This document shows, piece by piece, positions 37,978-48,328 of a DNA stretch of 64,000 nucleotides (positions within the stretch are counted from its first letter, which is position 1; every line of letters starts with the position of its first letter). Location of the stretch: positions 186,001 through 250,000 of the forward strand of contig JACPUC010000008.1 of the NCBI GenBank assembly GCA_016192455.1, read 5' to 3'. The translations under genes and the position numbers were made by a program. The DNA comes from Candidatus Tectimicrobiota bacterium. Lineage in GTDB: Bacteria; JACPUC01. The notes beneath the pieces are model-generated. The model saw nothing but the letters and a program-made list of their open reading frames with translations, was not told the DNA's origin and did not search any database.

Positions 37978-38218
37978 GGGCGGGTTTCGGGACGGGCCGC
38001 GCGAATGTGACAGGCAGAAGATGAACGGCTCATGAGAGGTTATGTGGGGCGCAAGGAATCCCCACACCCGCCAGGCCTCAAGGGCTTCGCGGCAGCCCGC
38101 GCCACAGGGGGCGCCCAGGTTGTAGCTTTCGCGCGGCTGCGGTGCGCCCGCATCCTAGAGCAGGGCCGCGCCGAACTTTGGAGAGCGACAGCAACGGAAA
38201 CGAGACGAACATTGTGCG

Positions 38219-38247
38219 TTGCCTTTCGTTGTATATTCGTATATCTT
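38219..38247 (+). promoter_or_regulatory. Promoter with direct-repeat operator candidate
   Basis: TTGCCT-17 nt-TATCTT; the spacer contains TTCG-N7-TTCG (38225-38239). Confidence 0.45.
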
Positions 38248-38365
38248 AAGTGAGCTGCCCCCTGAAGCGCAGCGGGCGGGCTCGACCGCCAGGGCGTGTG
38301 CACGGGGTTGGCAGGCGACATGGGTCTGCTTGGATTGCCGGGGACGGCTCGTGGAGGGTTTCAGG

Positions 38366-39400
38366 ATGGCCGCGCAGCAAGCGCTCTTCATGGCTGCCGG
38401 CGACGGGTCGCGCGGCTCGCTGCCGCGGACGCCGCGGCAGGCGGAGGTGGCGGCGCGCCGCAACGGGGTGGAGTACGTCGAGCTGCCCTGCCGCACCCTG
38501 CTGAACAAAACGACCAACCCGCACCTGTCGTTCACCTGGACCATCAACCCCTACCGCGGCTGCGAGTTCGGCTGCGCCTACTGCTACGCGCGCTACACCC
38601 ACGAGTTCATGGGCTACGACGACCCCGCGAACTTCGAGCGCCGCATCTTCGTGAAGACGAACGCCGCGCCGGCGCTGGCGCGGCAGGCGCGCGCCCAGCA
38701 CTTCGACGGCCGGCCCATCGCCCTGGGCACCGCCACCGACCCCTACCAACCGGCCGAGCGGCTCTTTCGGGTGACGCGCGGCATCCTCGAAACCCTGCGC
38801 CGCTACCCGAAGCTGCGCCTCTCCATCGTCACCAAATCCGCCCTGGTGAAGCGCGACACGGCGCTCCTGGCCGAGCTGGCTCGGCGCGGCGCCGTCACCG
38901 TCGGCTTCACGATCATCACCCTCGACCGCCGCCTGGCCCGCACCCTCGAGCCGCGCGCCGCCACGCCGCAGCGCCGTCTGCGGACGATGCGTCACCTGCA
39001 CGACGCGGGCGTGCCGGTCGCCCTGCTCGTCAGCCCTATCCTGCCGCACCTCACCGACGCCGCCGCCGACCTCGAGCGCCTCATCATCGCCGCCCGCCAG
39101 GCCGGCGCCGCGACGCTGCGCTGCAACCCGCTCTGGCTCTCCTCAAGCTCCCGCAAGACCTTCTTCCCCTGGCTGCGGCAGCACTTCCCGCAGCTTCTGC
39201 CGGCTTACCGCCGCATCTACAGCCAAGGGATGTACCAGAGCGAGGCCTACATCACCCGCGTCACGTCGTTGATGGCGCGGCTCGCCGCAAAGCACGGCCT
39301 GGCCTACGGCACCGCCGATGAGTTCGCGCCCGAGGGGAACGAGGCGCCCGGCACGGAGGCGCCGCCGCAGCCCCAGCAGCTTACTCTGGCCGGGTCGTAG
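38366..39400 (+). CDS. SplB-like (PA0069/Rv2578c family) radical SAM protein
   Basis: INPYRGCEFGCAYCYAR, GTATDPYQPAE, VTKS, LEPRA. Confidence 0.92.
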   Translation: MAAQQALFMAAGDGSRGSLPRTPRQAEVAARRNGVEYVELPCRTLLNKTTNPHLSFTWTINPYRGCEFGCAYCYARYTHEFMGYDDPANFERRIFVKTNAAPALARQARAQHFDGRPIALGTATDPYQPAERLFRVTRGILETLRRYPKLRLSIVTKSALVKRDTALLAELARRGAVTVGFTIITLDRRLARTLEPRAATPQRRLRTMRHLHDAGVPVALLVSPILPHLTDAAADLERLIIAARQAGAATLRCNPLWLSSSSRKTFFPWLRQHFPQLLPAYRRIYSQGMYQSEAYITRVTSLMARLAAKHGLAYGTADEFAPEGNEAPGTEAPPQPQQLTLAGS

Positions 39401-39459
39401 CCAGCTCCCGGATCAAACTCGGGTCTATCGGTTAAGAAGAAGGGAAGAAGAAGGGAAAG

Positions 39460-39521
39460 GCGAGGGAGCCTTGCCCCCTCGCGCACCCCATTTACGCGAG
39501 CCGCTGCGCAGCTCGCGGGGG
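39460..39521 (+). repeat. 62-bp repeat, left copy (inverted partner at 41792-41853)
   Basis: 59/62 identity to the reverse complement of 41792-41853; internally hairpin-forming. Confidence 0.9.
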
Positions 39522-39651
39522 AGCAGGGCGGGGGGAGGAAGGACAACCGCGCGTCCTCGGCTGCCGAAGAGTCTCCGCGGTCTCTGCGTCTCCGTGGTGA
39601 TTTGCCCCCTCGGGGATTGCTGATTCACCCGCGCAAACCTGGAGAGCGGAA

Positions 39652-39957
39652 ATGCTGCGAGCAAGAATGACGAGGCTGCTGGGACTGCTGACGCTGGCCG
39701 GCTGCTCGACGATTCCGGGCAGGATGCCGGCGGCGAAGGTTCCCGGCTTCTTCTACGGCGTCTGGCACGGCCTCATCAGCGTCGGCACCCTCATCGCCAG
39801 CTTCTTCACCGACCACGTCACCATGTACGCCACCCCCAACAGCGGCCCCTGGTACGACCTCGGCTTCCTCATCGGCGTGGTGGCGATTTTTGGAGCATTG
39901 CGGGAGCAGAGGGGCAGGAGTGAGGAGCGAACACAAAGGGCACAACAAAACGGTTGA
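39652..39957 (+). CDS. Small lipoprotein/membrane protein
   Basis: LAGC lipobox; PGFFYGVWHGLI...NSGPWYDLGFLIG. Confidence 0.7.
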   Translation: MLRARMTRLLGLLTLAGCSTIPGRMPAAKVPGFFYGVWHGLISVGTLIASFFTDHVTMYATPNSGPWYDLGFLIGVVAIFGALREQRGRSEERTQRAQQNG

Positions 39958-39978
39958 AACTTGATAAAAGGGCATCAA

Positions 39979-41028
39979 CTAGCGGTCGCTTGAATCTGGC
40001 TTCCCTTCAGACCTCCAGGGGTACTCATCCTGCCATGATCTTCTTAGTTCTTTAACCTTTTCCTCAGCCCATTTCGTTGCCGCCTCGAGTACATTCATTA
40101 GTGTTTCAGAAGAATACGAATACTCCTTAATGACCTTTGATGTTACTGAAGAACCGCGAACCGTGTAGCTGCTTTCTGAACCCGCAAGTCTTAGGATGAC
40201 GGCGACCCATTTACTATTTTCTACGTCTCGCAATTCTGCTAGATGACCCCCGCGCGAACTATCGTCAATCATAACAAAACGTGCGACCGAACCGTAAACA
40301 ATAAGTTTCTGTTGCAGGCTGTAGTCTAAATGTTCAGGTATTTCCTTTAAGAGTATAGGCTCGTAGCCTAATTCTAGCAAGGCATCTTTAATGATCCCTA
40401 ATCTTTTCATACCATCCTCTTCGTAATCCCCAAGTAGAAGTACCGTCTTTTCCTTGAATTTATTTAGATAATCGGAAAGAGAGAGCGAACGCTCACGGGC
40501 TTTTTGAACATACAATAGATGAACAAAAACCTCATCCTTCGCCCTTGAAACTGCATGTCGAGTATCCCAAAAGTCAACACTACGATTGGCAAAGATTTCC
40601 GCATAGTCAATCTTTCTGCTCCAAGTATCGACTTTGAATGAGACGCCTATAAGACGAAGCGATGCTGTTTCTGATGTAAGCCGAAAAGGGAATCTTCCTT
40701 CGTGTGGCAGGCCAATTATTGTAATGTCCTTGGCGGCAATATAATAATGCGGTTCTAGTCTTGAAACGCGTCTTGGAGTATTTAGAAAGAGTTCCTCGAT
40801 CCGCTGGCTTGACCTCTTAACGAAGAGTGTGGGTCGATCTTTCTTAACATATTCATAGCCGGCACCAAATTTCGTTGAAACGTAACCAATTGTTTCGCCA
40901 GATAGATAGGGCATGCGTAATAAACTTTTTCGACCTTCTTGTGGAACGAATCTTTCTACAGTCTCGAGGTATGCCTCTTTGTAGGTTTCTAAATACTCCT
41001 GCAATAGCTCTTCGGTCACATTCTTCAT
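39979..41028 (-). CDS. Low-GC hypothetical protein with C-terminal TIR/NDT-like Rossmannoid domain
   Basis: Open frame in AT-rich DNA (hand count 24/60 GC at 40381-40440); KTVLLLGDY...LGYEPIL...ARFVMIDDS...HLAEL. Confidence 0.7.
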   Translation of the reverse strand: MKNVTEELLQEYLETYKEAYLETVERFVPQEGRKSLLRMPYLSGETIGYVSTKFGAGYEYVKKDRPTLFVKRSSQRIEELFLNTPRRVSRLEPHYYIAAKDITIIGLPHEGRFPFRLTSETASLRLIGVSFKVDTWSRKIDYAEIFANRSVDFWDTRHAVSRAKDEVFVHLLYVQKARERSLSLSDYLNKFKEKTVLLLGDYEEDGMKRLGIIKDALLELGYEPILLKEIPEHLDYSLQQKLIVYGSVARFVMIDDSSRGGHLAELRDVENSKWVAVILRLAGSESSYTVRGSSVTSKVIKEYSYSSETLMNVLEAATKWAEEKVKELRRSWQDEYPWRSEGKPDSSDR

Positions 41029-41051
41029 CTTGCGTGAACCCACGTTCGTCC

Positions 41052-41471
41052 TCACCGCGCCGTCGCGTACCCCCGCTCGGCGTAGGGGAAGCCGCGCAGT
41101 TCGCTGTCGGCGGTCATGAGCCAGTTGTAGTAGGGGCGGACTTCGGCGATCTTGCCGGCGCGGATGATGTACCACTCGGCGCCGCGGACGGCGAGGCGCT
41201 TGCTTCCGCCGGGGGGCGTCCAGAAGCAGGTCCACTCGACGACGATCTCGTTGCCCTGTTCGAGGGCGTGGTCGATCAGCCACTCGGCGTTGAACTGCGC
41301 GGTGAGCTTGGCGTTGAAGCGCACCAAGTGGTCGACGCCGCGCGTCGGCTCCTGCCCCGCCAGGTAGTAGTGCACCACGTCGTCGGTGAAGACCGCCTGC
41401 TGCGCCTCCAGATCATGCCGGTTCAACGCCTCGTAGTAGCGCCGAATAAGCTCCACATGCCGCTCGCCCAT
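41052..41471 (-). CDS. SnoaL-like / NTF2 family protein
   Basis: IRRYYEALNRHD, FTDDV, IVVEW, GKIAEVRPY; AAGGAGG RBS. Confidence 0.88.
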   Translation of the reverse strand: MGERHVELIRRYYEALNRHDLEAQQAVFTDDVVHYYLAGQEPTRGVDHLVRFNAKLTAQFNAEWLIDHALEQGNEIVVEWTCFWTPPGGSKRLAVRGAEWYIIRAGKIAEVRPYYNWLMTADSELRGFPYAERGYATAR

Positions 41472-41490
41472 GATGCCCTCCTTAAAGTGA

Positions 41491-41757
41491 GAACCACAGA
41501 TGGACACGGATGGACACGGATCGACTTGTAGGGGCGGTTCGCGAACCGCCCTCCGAGCAGCCTCCTGTTGAGCAGCCAGGGGGGCGCGGCAAGCAGCGCC
41601 CCTACAGCCGAGGCGCCCAATCCTTCGACATGAAAGATGGGCGGCCCCTCCAACGATGCAGACGCTCGTTTCAAGGGGGTAATTTCTGTGGGCGACCATT
41701 GCTCCCCCACACCCCCAATCCCCGTAAGGGCGGTTCGCGAACCGCCCCTACAAGTCG
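41491..41757. repeat. REP doublet (REPIN-like) plus associated short repeats
   Basis: Perfect 31-bp inverted repeat 41522-41552 / 41727-41757 containing GTAGGGGCGGTTCGCGAACCGCCC; the ATGGACACGG tandem at 41491-41521 is the reverse complement of a motif in the 31 kb array. Confidence 0.88.
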
Positions 41758-41791
41758 CGGTACGCCTGCCGAAGTCTGCCTCGACGTTCCG

Positions 41792-41853
41792 CCCCCGCGA
41801 GCCGCGCAGCGGCTCGCGTGAATGGGGTGCGCGAGGGGGCAATGCTCCCTCGC
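41792..41853 (-). repeat. 62-bp repeat, right copy (inverted partner at 39460-39521)
   Basis: Reverse complement matches 39460-39521 with 3 mismatches. Confidence 0.9.
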
Positions 41854-41870
41854 ACCCTTCCTCCCAATCC

Positions 41871-43358
<1,488 letters not shown>

Positions 43359-43568
43359 CTACGCTTCAGTCGGGGCCGGGTGCTCCGCGACGGCTGGCGC
43401 CGCGATGCAGCATTGGATCAGGCGTGGCGTGGAGAAGGGTGCAGAGGGGCGTCCCGCTCGCCTCCGGCGCCGTGAGGCCCAAGGCGGCAAGCCGCGGGCT
43501 CCGGCCTCTCCGTGAGCCGCGGCGGCGATGCGCGCCGGGGAAGGCCGCGACACCCAGCACCAGCGTTC

Positions 43569-43597
43569 ATGATACGTGCGCTGCAAAAAGTTGTCAA
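43569..43597 (-). promoter_or_regulatory. Sigma70-type promoter upstream of proS
   Basis: Minus strand TTGACA-17 nt-TATCAT. Confidence 0.6.
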
Positions 43598-43835
43598 TTT
43601 GTTGTCCTGATCTGCCGATACGGGAGATGTGACAAGAGATCGGCTCACCGGGCGCGGCGCGGCGCAGCGAGCAGCACGCCGCCTCCACGACCGGACGAGG
43701 AGCCGGAAGCTGCACCGACGGGGTTGTCGTTCGGCCACGGAGGAGCACCGCGGAGTCTGCCGCGCCTGCCTGGGAGGTACGCTGCTCCCCCGCCTCACGG
43801 CGCGGCGTCTCAGCTCAAGATGATTGGAGAGAGCC

Positions 43836-44774
43836 ATGTTCGGAAGAGGTTCCTCACAGTCACATCACCCACACTGGCACGGCATTGCCCGGCTTCTGGC
43901 GCACGAGATCACGACGGCTGAGAAGAATCAGAGCCCGATGGGCATGTTCCTGCTGCGGGTGCCGGCGGTGGTGCCCCGCGGCGTGGGTCGCCTCCTGCCG
44001 GGACGCACCCTCGGCTACCAGCTCTACCGGAACTCTCGCCGCTACGTGGGAGTCGTCCACGATAGCTGCGATCGCGACCTCATGACGATGCGCACCACCA
44101 TCGAGGAGGTCGCCCAGCGGCAGGGGTGGTTCCCGTTCACCGTTGGCGTGGCGCTCTGGCCCGAAAATGGCCGCGTCGCGGAAGAGCTGTTGCAGTGGGC
44201 GCGCTTCGATGCGCAGCGCCGCGCCGCGGCGCCCTTGCAGCACGCCGGCGCCCCTGATGCCGTTGGCGAAGCGGCTGGCGAACCGTCTCCGGGCGCGGTC
44301 GCGGCGGGCACACCTCGCGCAGCGGCAGGAAACGGCGCGCCAGCGCGCGCCGTTCCTCTGTTAGGTCGCTTCCTCGTGCAGCGCGGCTACGTCACCGAAG
44401 AGGAGCTGCGGCGAGCCCTTGAGTTCCAGCGCTTCCAGCACACATCGCTGGGTAGCCTGGCACTTCAGCGCGGCCTCCTGACCGAGAGCGAGGTCCTCGA
44501 CATCCTTTTTCATCAGGAGGAGCAGGGAGAGCTGTTCGGTGAAGCGGCCGTGGCCCTTGGGCTGCTGACCGAGGAGCAAATCAGCGCCCTCTTGAACGAG
44601 CAGCGGATGAACCTGCCACCCCTGGGACAGGTGCTGCAGCGCCTCGGGTTGGTGAGTCCCACCGACCTGGCCCGGGCCCTCGACGAGCTCGGTTGCATGA
44701 TCGAGAAGGCGCGGCCACAGCGGGGCCATCTCCTGGAGGCACCCCCCCTGGCCGTTGCCGGCACCGAGGGGTAG
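43836..44774 (+). CDS. Protein with degenerate GGDEF-like N-terminus and MshEN-like repeats
   Basis: TVGVALWPENG...EELLQWA resembles the GGDEF C-terminus; four LG-x-L-x3-G-x-(V/L)T repeats (LGRFLVQRGYVTEEEL etc.). Confidence 0.6.
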   Translation: MFGRGSSQSHHPHWHGIARLLAHEITTAEKNQSPMGMFLLRVPAVVPRGVGRLLPGRTLGYQLYRNSRRYVGVVHDSCDRDLMTMRTTIEEVAQRQGWFPFTVGVALWPENGRVAEELLQWARFDAQRRAAAPLQHAGAPDAVGEAAGEPSPGAVAAGTPRAAAGNGAPARAVPLLGRFLVQRGYVTEEELRRALEFQRFQHTSLGSLALQRGLLTESEVLDILFHQEEQGELFGEAAVALGLLTEEQISALLNEQRMNLPPLGQVLQRLGLVSPTDLARALDELGCMIEKARPQRGHLLEAPPLAVAGTEG

Positions 44775-44994
44775 GCCCCGCACGCCGCGGGAGCCGAAGC
44801 GGGCGACGCCGTCGGCGGAGGCGCCGGCGCGAGCCCCCTTCCCTTACGCAACCCAGGCACAGACGCCGACAGCGAAGAGGCGCCCCTCTTCGCTGTCGGT
44901 TCCTCTCATCGCCACGACCGTGCAGCAGTTCTTGCCCCTCCCTCGGCCAGGCGCACCGTGCCGCTCTTCTTCGGCGGCGCTGGGCGTGCGCTTC

Positions 44995-46062
44995 TCACAC
45001 CTCGGGGAAGAGGAACTGCGAGAGGTACTTGAGCTTCTGCTGGTACTCGCTGGGCGAGAGCAGCCAGATGCACGCCGCCACACTGCTGAGCAGCGAGTTG
45101 CCGTCCTGCGGCGTGAAGCTGAAGCCGACGATCTCCCGTTCGTTGCGTACCTGCAGGGTTGGCAGAACGATCACCGCGGGGTTGAGGATGCGGCCGAAGT
45201 ACCCCTGGTCCCGCCCGAAGGAGAAGACGAGGTTGGCACTCGTCTTCTGGGTCACCGCAAGACGCTCGTTGGCCTCGATGCGCCGGTAGAGCCCGTCAAG
45301 GGTCACGGGGTTGGCCAGCGTCAGGTCGAACCAGATGCTGTGCATGTACTGCGTGTTCAGCTTGATCGCGGAGCTGAACAGGTTCAACTCGTACCCCAGG
45401 GTCTTGAAGAGATGGTAGGCATCACGGGCGTGGTGGGTGCCGAAATCGGGATCGCTGTGTGTGTTCACGGTAGGTGACGCGATGAAGCCGGTGTCCTGGC
45501 TGATGTCATTCGCGCGGCGGAGGCAGACAAAGCGGCCGCAGATGAGGTTTGCGGCGCCGCCATCGCTGAGTGCAAGCGTATCAATGAGGGCTGCCAGGTT
45601 GTGGGTGTTGCAGCTTACCACGTGGATGTACTTGTCTTCGCCCGGAACCAGCGCCTCATCGTTGATGCCGCAGGCGAACATCTTGCCAAACCCGAACTCG
45701 CTTCCCTGAGCGATGAAGCCGCGGGTCGTCGACTCGTGGTGCTGGTAGTAGATCTCCTTGTTCTTCAAGCCGAACGACTCCGGCGTGCAGTCGATGATCA
45801 CAGCGGCGCGGTCGATGGCCTCTTCGAGCTCGTACGTCACGTCAATGCCCTGCTTGCGGAAGATGCTGATCTTGTTGGGATCCGCCGCCACCAGGGCGCC
45901 GCGTTTCATCAAGCTCAGCACCGTTGCGCGGTCGGTCAGCCGAGGGGTATGCTTGTAGAACGTGACGGAATCGAAGCCGAGGGACTCGCGCAACGAACAG
46001 AGGAGGCCAATCAGTGGTTCTCCTATGGTTCCGGTGCCAATGACGAGTATGTTCGTGTCCAT
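44995..46062 (-). CDS. Class II (archaeal-type) GAPDH-like NAD(P)-dependent dehydrogenase
   Basis: VIGTGTIG, IDCTP, AQGSE, VVSCNTHN, RRAND, THHARD; GGAGG RBS before ATG 46062. Confidence 0.75.
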   Translation of the reverse strand: MDTNILVIGTGTIGEPLIGLLCSLRESLGFDSVTFYKHTPRLTDRATVLSLMKRGALVAADPNKISIFRKQGIDVTYELEEAIDRAAVIIDCTPESFGLKNKEIYYQHHESTTRGFIAQGSEFGFGKMFACGINDEALVPGEDKYIHVVSCNTHNLAALIDTLALSDGGAANLICGRFVCLRRANDISQDTGFIASPTVNTHSDPDFGTHHARDAYHLFKTLGYELNLFSSAIKLNTQYMHSIWFDLTLANPVTLDGLYRRIEANERLAVTQKTSANLVFSFGRDQGYFGRILNPAVIVLPTLQVRNEREIVGFSFTPQDGNSLLSSVAACIWLLSPSEYQQKLKYLSQFLFPEV

Positions 46063-46458
46063 GACGATCCCTCCGAAGGTCTCCGAGCAGGTGGGGTCAC
46101 ATAACATCCGCGTGGAAACGGCCGACTTCATGAGCGCAAGGAGTGAAAGCTGGTCGGCATCGAATGTCCTGGTCTCCTCCTTTTGGCATGGGGGGAATGC
46201 GGCACTTCGGACCACGACGGAAGTCGCGCGCGGCTGCTGGTAGCCTGGCCTGGTGCATGGGGCGGCCTGAACGCAGCCACAGCCACACGGGACTCACACC
46301 TCCCTCCGCTGCCACCCCCTGGAAACAGGCAGAGGTTGCACAAGCACCAGCAGTTGGCTACAGTTGAAACCCTCGCATTCTCAGCGTGCAGCACCCGCTC
46401 TCCCAAGCAGAGATTTACCGGAGCGACCGGCGGAAGCCGACGCAGCTTCGCTGGCTCC

Positions 46459-46487
46459 AATATATGAACGGCTGGCGCCCTTGTCAA
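46459..46487 (-). promoter_or_regulatory. Near-consensus sigma70 promoter
   Basis: Minus strand TTGACA-17 nt-TATATT. Confidence 0.65.
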
Positions 46488-46726
46488 AGCTTCTTCCCAC
46501 TCCGCGCCGGGGCGATGCAGCTCAGCGCCGGCAGCTTGTGACGAGCCTCGGCGCCTGCTGGAGCGCGGTCTCCTGGCCGGCGCCGACGGCGCTCCTGCAA
46601 GGCCAGCCGGACGACCTCCAGGCCGGTCAGTCCTTGGAAGTGCGGCCCGAGGGGCTCTCCCCCGCGGGGAAGGCCTGGGGAAACGTCTGGGGTTGACGCC
46701 GGACGCGGCCGGAGAAGACATCGCCG

Positions 46727-48268
46727 ATGGGAACGATCGTGTCACGCATCGATGCCCTCCTCGCGGCGTGCGGCTGTGTTGAGCAGAGCGTGCGCCGACT
46801 CTACCTCGAGACGCGCCTGTTCCAGACCGGCATCGGCGGCCTGCTCGTGACCCTCGCCCGCATGCTGCAGAGCGAGTTGCTGGCGTTGCTCCCGGCCTTG
46901 CAGAGTTTTGACCATGATCTCCTCAAGCGCCGGCTCCTCGTCTTCCTGCCGAACCCAGCTCAAGAACCGACCTCGCTGACCAGCTACCAGACGCTCTTCA
47001 ATATGGTGGCGGCGCGCGTCGAGATGGCCTGGCATCCGGTTCTCGGCACGCCGCTCCAGGACTGCCTGCTCGAGGCGCTCCTGGCGGATGACAACCTTTT
47101 CCATCGCAAGGCGGAGGTGGCCCCGCTCGAGGCCATCGGGCCCGGTCTCATCGACGCCTACGAAGGGCTCCTCGCCGCCTACTCCACCCTCCTGCACTTC
47201 GATGCGGAGGGGATCATGACGACGTACCAGGCCATAAACCGAGAGATCATCGACGACCTGCGCCGCCGGGAGCTGCTCCTCGAGGAGGCGCTGGAGGTGC
47301 AGCCCTTGCCGCGCTTGCAGGCTCTGCAGCCGTGCCCCCTCGCCGATCATCGCTTCTCTCCCGCCGAGCGTGCCGCCGCAGCTCTGAAATCCCGCCTCCT
47401 CGAGGGACCGACCGGCCTGGAGCTTGCCGCCGCGCTTGCCGCCTTCTTCTCCACGTACAGCCGCTCCGAGCTGCGCAACTACTTGGCCTTCCGCTGGGTC
47501 GCGGACGGACGGGGCGGCCGGCTGCTCGGCGTGCATAACTTCCAGGATGTCCGCTTCGAGCACCTCGTGGGGTATGAGGAGCGCTTCCACGAACTCATCC
47601 GCAACACCAGCGCCTTCCTCGCCGGCAAGGAGGCGAACAATGTCCTCCTTTACGGCGCCCGCGGCACCGGCAAGTCCTCCAGCGTCCGCGCCCTGCTGAA
47701 CGGGTTCCACGAACACGGCCTGCGCATGATCGAGATCGACAAGGAGCAGATCTTCGAGCTGCACGAGATCATCGCCTGCGTGCGGGACCGGAAGGAGCGC
47801 TTCATCATCTTCTGCGACGATCTCTCCTTCGAGAGCGACGACACGAGCTACAAGCCCCTCAAGGTGGTGCTGGACGGCAGCCTCGAGGCGCGCGCCGGGA
47901 ACGTCCTCTTCTATGCCACCTCCAACACCAAGGACCTCGTGAAGCGGCCGCGGCTGCGGGAGGGCCTGGAGTGGAGCGAGGAGCGCGCCATCCTCGATGA
48001 GAAGCGCGGCATTGACGACCGCTTCGGCTTGAAAATCCACTTCACCATACCCGACCAAGCCCTCTCCCACCGCATGGTGCTCAAGCATGCCGAGCTGCGG
48101 GGCCTGCGCACCCCGACCGCGGAACTGCTGCGCCAGTTCCGCATCTGGTGCGGCATGAACAACCACGACCAGCCGAGCGGGCGCAGCGCGCGCGACTTCA
48201 TCACCTGGTTTATGAACCAGTGCGCCGGGGATGGGGAGAGCCCGCCGCCCTTCCGGCATGAAGCGTAA
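46727..48268 (+). CDS. DUF815 family AAA+ ATPase
   Basis: ANNVLLYGARGTGKSS, FIIFCDDLSFE, LKVVLDGSLE, YATSN, DRFGL, SGRSARDF. Confidence 0.9.
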   Translation: MGTIVSRIDALLAACGCVEQSVRRLYLETRLFQTGIGGLLVTLARMLQSELLALLPALQSFDHDLLKRRLLVFLPNPAQEPTSLTSYQTLFNMVAARVEMAWHPVLGTPLQDCLLEALLADDNLFHRKAEVAPLEAIGPGLIDAYEGLLAAYSTLLHFDAEGIMTTYQAINREIIDDLRRRELLLEEALEVQPLPRLQALQPCPLADHRFSPAERAAAALKSRLLEGPTGLELAAALAAFFSTYSRSELRNYLAFRWVADGRGGRLLGVHNFQDVRFEHLVGYEERFHELIRNTSAFLAGKEANNVLLYGARGTGKSSSVRALLNGFHEHGLRMIEIDKEQIFELHEIIACVRDRKERFIIFCDDLSFESDDTSYKPLKVVLDGSLEARAGNVLFYATSNTKDLVKRPRLREGLEWSEERAILDEKRGIDDRFGLKIHFTIPDQALSHRMVLKHAELRGLRTPTAELLRQFRIWCGMNNHDQPSGRSARDFITWFMNQCAGDGESPPPFRHEA

Positions 48269-48328
48269 GCGGGTGAGGCGCGGCGGCGCCGCGGCGGCCT
48301 GCCGCGCAGGAGAGGAGAGAGGCGGCGG

